Below, piece after piece: positions 24,994-38,416 of a stretch of DNA of 64,000 nt. The translations under genes and the position numbers were made by a program. Source of the DNA: Camelus ferus (Eukaryota). The notes beneath the pieces are model-generated. The model did no database searches and had not been told where the DNA came from. It saw nothing but the letters and a program-made list of their open reading frames with translations. Each line of letters starts with the position of its first letter. Positions within the stretch are counted from its first letter, which is position 1. The stretch lies in assembly GCF_009834535.1 (NCBI RefSeq), contig NC_045696.1, positions 50,842,001-50,906,000 on the forward strand, given 5' to 3'.

Positions 24994-25422
24994 ATCAATG
25001 GTTCTCAAATTTGAACACGCACCAACTCACATGAAAGGCGTATTAAAAGAGCTTCTGATCAGTAGATCTGGGGTAGAGCCCAAGAACTCTCATTTCTAAC
25101 GTAGCGAGGTGATGCTGACACTGCTGGTTGGGGCTCAAGACCCACTGATGCAGCTGGCTCTGAAAGCTGATAAAGAGGGGCTGATGAAGGTAATTAAAAC
25201 CAAATATGCACTAATTATGACTTGGGGATAAGAAATGTCTTTATAATGATGATTCCCAAGCTTGGCTGTGCACTGGAATCATCTCAGGAGGTTTTTAAAA
25301 CACGAATGTTTCTGTCCTTCCCCCAGAGATTCTAATTTAACTAGTCTGGGGTGAGGATTAGGCACCGGGAATTTTAGAAGGTCCGCAATGACTCTAACGG
25401 CAGCTAAAGTTGAGAAGCACTA
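24994..25422. mobile_element. Two adjacent MER5-type MITEs
   Basis: caatggttctcaaatttgaa...catttctaac...gtgatgctga; ttcccaagcttggctgtgcactggaatcatc...aagttgagaagcact. Confidence 0.6.
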
Positions 25423-25799
25423 CTTCAGACAGCCTAAGAAAGAAAGGCCCTTTTCTCTGCATCTATTATTGTTGGAGTTTTGTCAATCTACTTTTGTATT
25501 TTATCAGCAAAAACAAATATGAACAGGATGAATACTTAAATGTCAGCCCCACAGGTTGCCAGTGAGCTAGTGGCAAAAGATTTTTTTGTTTTGGTTCTCA
25601 ACTCTGGCTGCACGTTAAATCAACCTTGAGCAGCTTTTAAAGATGTCATACCAAACATTTTAGAGGTTTAAAGAAATACACAGGAAAAACAAAGAGCCAA
25701 CCAGCTGGAGAATATTAAGGAAAATACATGTCAAAAGAATGCATTCACAAACAATGTGGACACCTTGACATCTCAATAATATATGGAGTAACACTAAAA

Positions 25800-26988
25800 T
25801 TTTTTAATATCCCAGACAAGAATAGTATTTATTAAATACCAAGTTTCAAAAAGTGCAATGCAGATGGAAGACTGCAATAATGCAAATATATACAGATGAC
25901 TTCACGTAAATAAAATCAGTGATACCAGAAGAAAATGTTTTTGCCACAACGAAGAGGCCCAGATGAAAAATGAATAGGATGCTTCCTAGAACAGTGACTT
26001 TTAACTTCAGGAGGAGGGAAGGTGTTGTCTGAGGAAGTTCCCCAAAAAGTTTCAGGGTGTTTCGCCCACCCCATGCCCATCACACTTAGACTGAGAATTC
26101 CTATAGAGCCAAGGAGCAGAGACCATTCAAAAGGCAAGTTTAAAACAGGAACTAATAACTGAGACCAAACAGGTGCCTAGAAGAAAAATCTACCCTGAAA
26201 GTACAGTAGATTCAGGGCTGGGAAAACTGATAGCCATGTTTTGTACGCCACTCTGTTTCAAACATTAAAGAAACCAATAAATCAATGTTACTGCATTTAG
26301 ATAATTGAGCTCAATGATCGTTATTTATTTGATATACATTGCCAATACTGATGACATTTTCAGATTTAAAGGCTACGTAAGAAGTTTATAATATTGTATA
26401 TATTATATACAACCACCCTTACCTGCTGAAGTAAATATAAACAAATATTCTCACACTTACTTTTTAAAAGTATACACTCACTTAATGGAAAAAAGTGATG
26501 GACTACAGTGACTTCCCCTAAAAGGAGGTGTTAAATTTTTCTGAAAGCCAGATTTTAATCACACAGAGGCATTTTATTGTAAGTTATATGCAAAGAGCAA
26601 CTTAGTTCTTCAGAAAAAGATAAAAATAAAATATATCAATATTTAAGATATACTAGACCCCCCAAAAAAACCTGAATAAAGATGGTAAAGATAAAAAGAT
26701 ATTAATCCAAAAAACCCTTGAATGTATTAAGATATAAAACTTTAATTTCCCTCTAGTCAAAATTTTATTCACAAGAGGTTGTAGATTGGTTGATTGCTAG
26801 AAATCTATTTGAAAGGTCAAAAAATCACAATAATTGCTTTATTTCTTTGTTCCATTAGTACTAAGTCACGAGATCTTTGTAAGTTTTATCTGAAAGAAGA
26901 ACACAAAAACTTGAAAGCAGGAGCAGGGAAAGGGGAGTAGGAAGTCAAGAATATATTACTGAGAGCAAACTGTGAAACTCAACCTCGC
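25800..26988 (-). terminator. SPICE1: SPICE1 3' UTR with several candidate AATAAA signals (26838-26843, 26764-26769, 26573-26578, 25828-25833); true end uncertain
   Basis: AT-rich, repeat-poor sequence after the stop codon; TTTATT on the plus strand at the listed positions. Confidence 0.5.
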
Positions 26989-27042
26989 TTACGACACGTG
27001 GGTAGAAAGAGCAAACCAGCCTTCCTCATTTTGTTTCTCGGT
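26989..27042 (-). CDS. SPICE1: SPICE1 last coding exon ([17 protein letters not shown])
   Basis: CAG|ACC GAG AAA...GTG TCG TAA. Confidence 0.93.
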   Translation of the reverse strand, partial: TEKQNEEGWFALSTHVS

Positions 27043-30000
27043 CTGTTGAACAAAGATGCAAAAAGGATTTAAAGTAATCAGGAACATGAGACCATTCAAG
27101 ATTTACAATTATTTATCAAGTACACAGAACCAAAGTTATCCTACACTGCTGAAAGGTACTGAAAATTAAATTGCTACTGGCAATTTTTATTCTCTAACAG
27201 AGACACTCCCCAAAATTCCCTGGTCGGCATATCCCCTCATTGATTTGGGAGGCCTAATTTTTAAAAAAAGAATAAATCCAGTATTTTATGTAAATCATAG
27301 AAACAGCTTTTTAAAATAACAAAAAGTTATTTGATCTTAGTAAATTAAATGTGTTACTAATGATATAAAACAGTTTACATTAAAGCTGTTTCAGAATATA
27401 AGAAACAGCAAAGGACAAATCTTCCAGGGCTGGGCAACTGCGACATCTGAGCCTACTGATTGATTTGGTCGATAAGTACTCAATGATTATTGATGCATTC
27501 ACTATTTGGTCTGATTACTGAAGTTAGTACTAAGAATAACAAGGAAGGCACCCCCCCTTATCAAATAGCTGCCAGCTCACGTTCGCAAATGTAATGTTTG
27601 TGATTTTAAAGATATCCTGAATATATGCTATGACCAAACAGTCAAAAGAACTATATTTTGCTGTATTATCAGCACAGAAAAATGACTTTTGCAAAAATTT
27701 TGGATATATTGTAAGATGCTTAGTTTCTATATATTCCTCTTGCAAATCAGAACACATAAAGAATATGTAAGACATTTATTTTCCCTTTGTGCTATAACCT
27801 AAGTGTGGCATGTCACCTCTCTGTGCACACTCAGATACAGCACCTGGGGCAGAGTGACAAGGAAAGTGACTAGCCCCAGGGCTCGGGCTATCCCAAGCCT
27901 CACACAGCCACAGCAAGGACTGAGGAAACTCGTATCTCAGTACACCTATAGCCCATTCAAGGCTCCCCTGTGTATCTTGCCACACTATTTGGAAAGCTTT
28001 GCTTGAAATAGTAATGTCCAGTCTCTGCCTGTTGAAATCTTATTGAACTTTATCTTATTCCTTAGCTACCCTAGGAAACAAAAGAAGTGTATGCTTATTT
28101 GTTTTTCTCTAATGAAGGTGAATTTGTATTTCTTTTCGTCTCGGAATTCTGCATCATCTTTAAGATAACAGGAATAATAATTAAGCATGGAAACTGCCAA
28201 ATCAGCCCGCTTCCTCCCTCACCCTCTACACACATTTCACAATCACATTTTCTCATATACCTTTGCTCTCGGATTAAGCGGTGTCAAGTGCCCGCTTCCT
28301 GAGCTGGCATTTAATGGAGAAGAAGAATTACTAGTAGCCCCTGAAGATCTATTTATGAGAAATGAAAGACAGAAAGAGAGTAATCTGTTATTATTATTAA
28401 CTTTCAAAAATTATGTAAGACACAATTCTCAATACTGGCAAGAACCTAAAAGGGAATGGATGACTTAAGTCCAAAGGAGGTAAATTATTAGCAAGGTATT
28501 TTCACCAGCCTAAGTCTTCTTTTTTTAATTAATAGACTTTCTTTTTAGACTATGTTTAGGTTTACAGAAGGACTGAATGGAAAGTACAGAGACCACTATA
28601 GTATCATGGATGTGCAGGGGTAGGGGAGAAGCCAAGGCCGTGGAAGAGTGCTGAGACTCAGAGCGGTGCAGTGGCAGCATGGAGAGTGGAGGCAGAGCCA
28701 GGGACATGCTCAGTGTCACCATTTAGCAACCGTGTGACCCATCGAGACAATTCAGCCAATTAGCTCCATGAGCTTCGGTTTCACTTATTAAAGGAAGAAA
28801 ATACCGCTGGTCAATTTGCCCACCCTGTCATATATTATCTGCTAATTCTGTAACCCATAAAGCACTCTACATATGTGCTATTATCCCATTTTTCAATAGC
28901 CAACCCAGTGCTTTTCTACTTAATTAAGGCTTGTTCCTCACTACTTTTTTTCCTCCCAAAATTCTCCTCCCCAATTATTCTATTTTCTCTACATGAGTGA
29001 ATCTGTCTGGATCTATGTCAGACACTATGCACTTCCTTTCTTCACAGAAGGAATAGAATACAAACCACCATGTTCTTGATTTTAACCCTACCTTCTTGTA
29101 TTTAGCCCACTGGTAGGAGAGACAGTACTGCATTTTGAGCTTTCTGGGGCTTCTGCTCCTGGAATAGACACCTCAATTGTCCTCCTTCCTCCTTCTAAAA
29201 ATATAAGAATAAACATTAGTTTCATTAAAATTTAACTTGATATCTGTCTTACTGTAAATTTCACATTATAAATTTGAGGGTTCTTTCTACATTTTTATCA
29301 TTATGGCCCATAAATGCACTTCAAGGATTTTTTTTTTAAATGAGCTGTGAGACAAGAAACTTCAGTTGCTAGTGTCAATTCAGTAGCATGCCAGTTCATA
29401 GAGAGCCAGAATGTTCAGACAAGTGGTACCATGTCAGATCTGCAGCAAGAAACAGAAATGAAGAGCTGGCCCTAAAGGACATGAGAGCTTGGTCAGAATA
29501 GCTTATCTAAAGCTTTCCAAAAAAAAAAAAAGGAGAGGAAATTTCTGAAGTTATTCAGTAAAACTTTAAATCCTCTAAATCTATTACATTACTACCATTA
29601 CTGCAGACATTAAATTAGGATGGGAAAGTTGGCTGAGGAGATCATGTAGCCAATTATAAGTATAATTATGTACATTTTCAAGATTTCAGAAGTATCTGAT
29701 TTCAGAATCAATCAAATATTTACTATATCTACTAATGACAGGCTTTATGTCCATCTCAGTGAGTTTCACAGAGGCTCCTAAGAACCACTGCTTAAAACCA
29801 GTGATTTCTAGGCTTTAAGAGGTAATGAAGCCCTATTCAATTTTGTAGCACATTCCTTGTTTACCCTAGAAAACAAAAAAGGTTTTGCGTGGCATATGAT
29901 TTATTTTTATCTCTATCATTACAGCCCACCGAGGCTCCTGTGAAACCAAGAATTTTACTAAGAAAAGAATATCTCAGACATAAGCACTGGAAGGGAAACT

Positions 30001-33000
30001 ACACAGTTGCAAAGAGTTGCAAGGATGCCAGGTACAAGGATGCCAGTTTGCTTCAGAACTTCAGACAAATCACTCAACTTCTTTGTGCCTCAGTTTACTT
30101 ATTTACCGAATAGGTCTATCAGCTTTGTCTACTCCGAGGGTGTGCTGAAAACTAAATGAGATGACAGAAGTGCAAGTATTATTAATCTCAAAGAACTAGT
30201 GAAATAAATGTCTCATTTAATCATAAAATTATTCTTAAGAGTGACCTGCTTTATTCTTCTTCATTGCACTTATCACCAACTGATATTTTCTCATATATTT
30301 ATTTGCTTATTTGTTTACTGCCTGCTCCCCAACTTGAATACTGGAGTAGTCAGCTGGGCAGGGACTTGTCCTGTTCGACACAGTACTCCCGGTACCCAGA
30401 ACATGGCAGGCACACAGTTGGTATTCAGATACATTTAGTGATTTAATTTATTCATGTCAATCAGAAGTTCCCTCTAGACTTTCTTACTATGAATAACAGG
30501 AGACAAAGCTATAATGTGAAGGGGCCCAGAATAAACCAAGTAGAAGGGTCTTAGGGAAATAAATTATCCAACATTTTCCAATAATTTCCAAATCATTCTG
30601 CTTTCTGGCTCTATAGTTTCAAAAAGGAAGTAACTCCTGTGAGAAAAAGTCTTATTGGCAGACACCTTAAAGGTAACCTACCTCAGCCAGCCACAGGACA
30701 CAGGAGTCCCTTTAACACACCACTTACTGATGCAGAGCTTCTATTCCTGACACTTAGAACCTCCCCTCACACCAGGCCTAACTTAGTCTCTCTACAACAT
30801 TCATGCAGCTCTACCCCCAAGGGTCTTAATAATTCAAAAATTTTTGGCTAAACAGCAATTTGAGATCTACTGCATTTCATCAGTACTTTTTTTAATGTGA
30901 ATACAATGACAACTAATTTTTCAGTTACTTTTCTATTATTTAGAACCCCTTCCAGCTTTCCACATTCCTAAATGAAACAACAGAACAGAAAGTTTAATTT
31001 ACAAGTGAAAATGACTTAATGGTTTTAACAGAATAGTAACTTGTAATTTGTAATTGCTAATGCAATTCTAAATGATCATTTTGCTGCTATATAATTAGCT
31101 GCAGCATATGTCCTAAGTGAATCATACACTGTGATCAATCCCATGTACATGTAGGGCAATGTAGGAACTCAGACACCAAAGATTAACTGCATGGGATAGC
31201 TTTTTATCAGAAGACCCGCCTCCTAGTCCCATTTCTGTCACTTATTCTGTGACTTAGGTCTGTTTCTTTCTATATAAAATTGAAGACATTGAAATATCTG
31301 CTCTCTGAGATTTCTTTTGACTAAATATTTACTCACAAAATCAAGAAAGTGAAAATGTTCATATGTCTAAGCTTTTAAGTCATAAATTTGTGACTAACCA
31401 GTCCATGCTCTGAGAGGTGACTGAATAGGTGACATTGCTGGCGGGGAAGGATTCAGACCGATGAGTTTCTGCTGCTCTAGTAACTGCAGGAGTTTTTCAC
31501 GAGCCTCCATACTCTGCCGATTCAATTCTGCAATTCGTTCTTCCATGCTACTTGGTGTTAGAGGTTGTACTGCTGGAAAAGTCTTTAAAAAAAAGGGCAC
31601 AGATTCCATGTTAGAAATAATCCAAACAATTATGACTTTTTGTAAAAATAAACTCTTCCACTAAGAGCCATCAAAGTATTCATAGCCCTTGCTACATGCA
31701 AACTTGTCTAGTAAGCGAGTAGTAGTAAGATTAACAAATCACCTAACATTTAAGGCTAAAGTAAAGGGATACTAATTTTCTACTATTGGTGCCACATAAG
31801 TTCTCTAGTCCCTTTGTCCATGGAGAGTGTCTGTGGGACAGAGCAAAACCTCCCTGCACCTCTTAGTGTTTGTTGAGCTGCACAAAGATCATATGAGCAA
31901 AGACACTGCTTGTAGTGACTGGCTTCTAATTAACATCCCTATTAACACGCTGATTGCCACGTCACCCAAATCTAGGTGACAGCTGTGTCTCCTCAGGGGC
32001 ACCAGATCCACAGTGGGTGATCAACAACAGTGTTACAGACAGGTCTGGGGTTTGAATCACAATATACAAAAGAGGATCTGCTGTAGTTGAAACAGATGCT
32101 TCTATAATTATAATCTTTATACCTGCATCATGAGCTATTTGGCAAAGATTTGTAGGAATCTTATACTCCTTCTGACCGTGTGTCAGCCTCCCCGGGCTAC
32201 TCTAGCCTAAGACATCTGATTCAAGAAAATGTGTGACTGGAAAGGAATATGAACTGAAAAGGAGCCACCCAAGGAGTATAACGTAAGTTTGATTTGAAAA
32301 TTGTTGAAAGGAATGTATATGTCACTCTTAACTATTCACTTAGTCTAATATGTCCCTTTGGGAGAAAAACAATCCCTAATAGAAATCACTAATTTGTAGC
32401 TTATGCTCACTAGTTAAAAAAAGAGACAAGTAAAACAGTATGAATTAAAAATCATTTTGTAATTCCGATGAGAACAAAAAGGGCAGTGAGGGCGATAATA
32501 TTAGATTATCCTCTCTAGCCTGATTGCTATACTAAGAAAAGGGGGCGAGCTCAATTTTTAATTCAGTGGCCTTTTTTAAACCAAGAGTTGCCTGTTTCAA
32601 ATAACCTTCAAAACTCTGCAAACATAGAAGTGCCTCCATGGACTAAAACCGAGGCAGTCTGTACTCACACACAACCGTATGGATGACTGCTGCCCTGCTA
32701 ATACTCTTTCGTGGCCCCTCTGCCAGTGCGTGACTGCTCCTCCTGTGACTCCATACCCATATTGCCCGTAATCCCCATGAGCCAGTGCTACCAGGGATGC
32801 CCTCACCCCCACCCTCCCCTGTAACCTTCCTCATGGAAGCCCTCAATCCCCCTCTGGTAGAGTCCTTATGGAAGCAATCACCTCTGGAACCCCTAGTCCA
32901 AGAAGCTGGCCAGCTCCTTCCTGCTACTAAAATGAAGCCCCATCCCCTATCAGAACCCTGACAGGTGCCACCTTAGCTCATGAAGGGGTAATAAGAAGTC

Positions 33001-36000
33001 TCTCCCATTACTGGGACCAGCATGAGGATGTGTGTTATAAATACTCCACACCTGGAACTTAGAATCCCTTTTCTCCTCACAAACAAGGAAACAAAGGTTG
33101 ATGTTACCAGGTCAGCTCACAGTTTACTTAACTTACAGAATTCCAGCACTACAATGTGCAGACATTTGCTCCTCAAAATGTAATCCTCGGACCAACGTCA
33201 CCTGGAAACTTATTAGAAATGCACAGGCCCTACCTCAGACAAACTCAATCAGAAACTGCATTTTAGCAAGATGATTTCATATGTACATGAACGTTTGACT
33301 TTAGTAATTCTGTAAAACATCATTTCTATAGAAAAATGCACTCTGTGTCCTAAAAAATCATCTACTCATAAGCTGAGAGACAACTACATATAATTCTATT
33401 TAATGAGCACCTTTAAGAGTAAAAATGATTTCAATTAAAACATAGTTGTGTGGCAAACTTTCAAGACATGTTAACTCTACATTTTATATTTAAAACTTCA
33501 TCCCTAGCTTAACTTTAGCTTTCCTACACTTTTTTTACCTTTGTCCTATTTTCCTCATTCATTTTGCCATTTTTAATGTTATGCTATCCTCTTTTAATGT
33601 CTGTGCAATGTAAACAGATAAATAACCTCTACTTATTTTGTGACGAGGACATGACAAAGCATAAGCTATCTAGGGGCAGGGTCACTTCTGGAAGGAAGTC
33701 CCTTAAGATGTTCCAGCAATATACTTAAATTCCTATATGTCCACAGTCAATCCTTAACTGGTACTCACAGCGGTCATGTCACTGGCATGACTTGTCTCCT
33801 GTTTGTTAAACTCCCGAAGTCCATCCCCTTGCTCTCCTCCTGGCCCAATAATATTATTCAGATGTGCCTTGATAGCTGAATTCTGCAGTGTCAACTCAGC
33901 AATTCGTGCCATGATGTCCTTTCTTTGTATTAACGTCTCATTTGTTCTAAGCTGTTGTCCATCTCCCAGTACTGGGGGTTCTTCTGAGAATGCAGGGTTT
34001 CTCGATTGCTGACCACTTGAATGGGAGCTGCAGAGGGGCTGAGAGAGGTTAACAAAAGGGGCTTGGGTTTTGTTCCCCAAATCTTCTCCCATGTGAGAGG
34101 CCCTCCACCTCTGAGTAAAGAGGTGACTCTCTTCACTTGAATTCTGAACGTCTGTGCCAGTAGGTAAGGTCTTCTCCCAATTTTGTTCCTTTTCAATTAT
34201 TTCCACAGTTGGAGGAATTCGTGGAGCAGGCCGAGTTTGAACAGTCCTCCTCAACACTGTAGATTAAAATTAAACCATAATAAGCATCTGTCATTTATCC
34301 ATAGTTGGCACTATAATCATCTCATTACCCATCATGAGAGTTAGACAAGTATTTCAACAGGCGGGCTTGGCTTCTGAATGCCTCAAGAACAGACCAGCAA
34401 GGCCACCTCTAACAGTTAAGTACAGGGACTTTTATATCCTTAAACCTTATTAGCATCCATGTGAAGAACCAGCTACCAAGTTCACATTTTAACACATATA
34501 TTAAAACTCACATCTGGGAATCTTGAGGTGGGGGGAGTATAGATACATAATATAAACTGAGGATGGGCAGGGAAAGCATCTTTGAAAAAGTACAAATCTT
34601 AGATAATTACATACGTGGCAAAAAGTAAAGCAAAGAACATTACAGTCAGAGAGAACAACAGATGTGAAGGCCAGTCTAGCTACAGCATGGCAACAAGGGA
34701 GAACTGGGAACATGCGAGCCTGGAGAGGCCTGCAGGGGCCATTTCTTGAAGAGCTTTTTAAACCATGTTAGGAATTTTATAATTTAATCCAAGAGCAATG
34801 AAGCTTGGAGAAGCCTTGGCAATGACTCAATTTATATATTTAACACTTCTTAAATACTGTGATAACTAGAAGGTCCAGGAACAGAAGTAGGGAGACCAGT
34901 AAGCAACTGTAGCGGGCAAGAAGATAGATGATGGTAGCTTTGACTAAGATATGTTGGCTATAGAAATGGAGAGTAGGAGATACACTGTGAAGTATTTTAG
35001 CAACAGAACTGAGAGTGATAAGCCAAAAGTGGGGAGTGAGGGCAACACATAAATCAGGACAGCATGCACAAGTGCATGGATGGAGAAGATAGGGAGAACA
35101 GATTTGGGGGAAGAGAGATTATCAAGAATTGTATTCAATATGCTAAGTTTAAGGTGCCTAACAAGTCATCCATATATCTATCCAAGAAGATGAAACAGGG
35201 GTCAGAAACTCAGGAGGTCATCTGGGCTAAGATCCAAAACTGGAAGTCACTGGCTTATAGAAGGTATTGGAAGCCACGAGAACAAGTGAGGTTACAGAGA
35301 AAAAACAGACTGAGAGAAGAAACCAGTAGCAAGACATGAAGGACTCAACATTTAGAGTTGGGTGAAGCAGGGGAAGCTGGCAAAGTAGAGTGAAATGGAG
35401 CAGCAAAAAGATAAGAGAAATAATACAAGAATGTGGTATCAAGGAAACAAAGAGGCAGTGGTTAACTGTGGGTTACACTGCTGTAAGACCTAGAAACGTA
35501 AGGTCAGAAAAGTGTACCCTGGGCTTAGCAACATGGTGCCACTGGAGCCCTACACAGGAGTGAGTGGTCTAGGTAGATTGACCTAATTGGGAGTGAACTG
35601 GGAAAAGAGATGGTTCTGGTTCAAGACTACAGACTGAGCACACATTTATCTCACCCTCTTTCACTGACAGTAAGGAAATACAAAAGAAAATAAACCCACA
35701 ACAGTAAAGATAATGGTCTGGGGAGAAGCACTAGCAAATCAGATATTTCAACACATTTCTGAAAGACTGAGAGTGTATGAGAAGTGTGTGAAAGAATGAA
35801 ATTGAGCGGAAGCCACAGTTCAGAATATGTCTATATTAGAAGAAAGCTACAGGCAAAGCCAGTCTCTTCTGGGGGCACTAAAAAGGCTGCAGGCTCAACG
35901 CTGACAGGTACAGAGAAAGAGAAAAGGAGGACTAAACTGGTGAATTACTGGAAAGTTTCTTTCATACATTTATATCCGTTAAGCTGTTGCTCATCACTTC

Positions 36001-36107
36001 CCCCACCCATCCTTGAAAGCAAAAAAAAAAAAAAAAGAAAGAAAGAAAGGGAGGGAGGGAAGGAGGGAGAGAGAGAAGGGGAGGGGGAGAGAGAGAGAGA
36101 GAGAGAG

Positions 36108-36170
<63 letters not shown>

Positions 36171-36179
36171 ACGAAAGCA

Positions 36180-36217
<38 letters not shown>

Positions 36218-38362
36218 GGAGAGCAAATGTGGTAGGCCCAACTGAATAGCTGGATCCTGCTTGCCGACTCTAAAGGAAGCCTGCAGTTAACACCTCATGC
36301 CCATATATACAAAGCAGCTGCTTTAGCCAAAATCTGTTGGGAAAACAGATCTAGATGTAACTACATCACAGGGAAGAAAACTTTTGCCAATCACCTATAC
36401 TATTTAATCTAGTCATTTATTCTGAAATATGAATGGACAATAAAGACATATGAGGAAAGCCAGCAGTACAAAGGTAAATAGACAAGAGACTGAGAAGAAA
36501 AAAAAAAAATCAGGTACAGAAGAAAATGTAACAAAATTTTAACTGGTATCCTCAGAAGATATTGCATTCATAATGAAAAAAGGACAATCAGACAATAAGA
36601 AAGGAACCTTGCTTGAAATTTTAAAATATGATTGCTAAAATATAAAAATGTAAAAGACAGATTTGAGTATAAAGTGAAAAAAAATTCCAGAATGTAAGAA
36701 GGAAGATATAAGACCAAATACATGAGGAAATAATCCAGAAGGTCAACATGTAATTCCCCCAAACTGCTGCAGAAAGTCATGTCTTCAGACTCAAAGGCAC
36801 CACTGGTGCCTGACAGCATAATGAGAAAAAAAAAACCCACATTTAAACACACCTTGTGCAATTTCAGAATAAAAATAAAGGATCCTAAAAGCTTCTACAG
36901 AGAAAAAGAAGGTCAAAAGTACAAAGAAATAAAAGTTAGATACGGCACCAGACATCTCAATTCCAACACTGGAAACTAAAAATCAATGGAATAATACCTT
37001 TATTTCTCAGTAAAGGGGACTACAGAACTAGAATTCTACTTCTAGCCAAATTATCAGTTAAGTGTAAGAGAAAAACTAAAATATTTTCAGATTTTCAAAA
37101 ACTGAAAGTTCACCTTCTATATACCCTTTCTGATGACTTCTTTCAGAAAACTGAGGGAGAAAATCAAAGAAGAGGAAGAAATGGAATCTAGGACACAACA
37201 GGCTCAACCCAGGAGTATGATAACCACAAGTCCCAGTACGAGAGCTGCACAGCAGGCCCCGAAAGCAGTCAGTCAAGACTGGAGCAGGGGCTGGGGGGCT
37301 TTGGGAAGGGATCTGTGGGATGAAAGTGGATTCCGTGCCAAAGACAGCATGACTAAAGGACTTGCAGATATGATGAATGTGCATTATTCTTTTGTCAACA
37401 AGATGGTAAAAGCAGTCTGAACTTTCAGGCAAAATAAAAACTGAACAAGAAAGTCCCAGTATGTAGAGCCAACTAAGATTCTGAGCAAATGATGAAGTGA
37501 AATAAAGAGAATTCACCTTGATCTTCATACTACAAACTTTTTCCTTTTGTATGGAACAAGGATTGATAGTAACAATGGACACCAAAAGAAAATGTAATTG
37601 TTATTTGCTTGCAATGTTCAGTATCCAACCATAGATGAGACACAGAAGACATGATTGTAATAGAACAATGTAAATGTTATCAAACTTGATACTATTAAAG
37701 GGAAGGCAAACTTGACTGATGGTGGGATGTGGAAACGAAGGAGAGGGGGAAGGAAGGGAAGGGAGCTAGTGTCCTCACCTTATATAGCAGAAAGCCAAGA
37801 GATATTACTTAAAGTCAATGAAGGAGAAATTGAAAGTATTTTAAGTCACAAAGTTATGCAATCGAAAAATTAAAAATAAAAATATAATTACCCAAATTAG
37901 AGAAGAGAGGTAGGTGTTAATATGAATTAAACCCTCTTCTTTTATAAGGGAGAGTCTGACACAACATTGTAAAATGACTATAACTCAATAAAAAAATGTT
38001 AAAAAAAAAAAAAGGGAGAGTCTGCAATGATTGTGTGAAGTTGATATTTCAAGAAAAGAGATATAAAATATTTTATGTTAATTATGAAGACAACCAGCAG
38101 AAAAACAGAAATCAAATTGGGATAAAAATAATTGCTTCTTTTTTTTTTAATTGAAGTACAGTCAATTATGATAAATTTGGGAGTTTGAGATTTACAAATG
38201 TTAGCCACTATATATAAAAATAATTGCTTTTGAGGTAGGCCTAGAGGTAGGGGAGGAGGAGACCCTTATATGTGGTTTTTTTTAAAACCACCTGCAAACA
38301 TGAATTAAATTAATACTTTAAAACAAAAAGTGAATGGGAGAAAGTAAAAGTGAAACTAGCAC

Positions 38363-38416
<54 letters not shown>

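Noticed and set aside
35784..36249. Several K/E/R-rich and F/L/S-rich ORFs
   Set aside because: They are translations of the compound microsatellite
37076..37585. 169-aa minus-strand ORF as an extra SPICE1 exon
   Set aside because: The flanking exons already join in phase (LQD-V-LRRT); the ORF overlaps an old L1/HAL1 remnant
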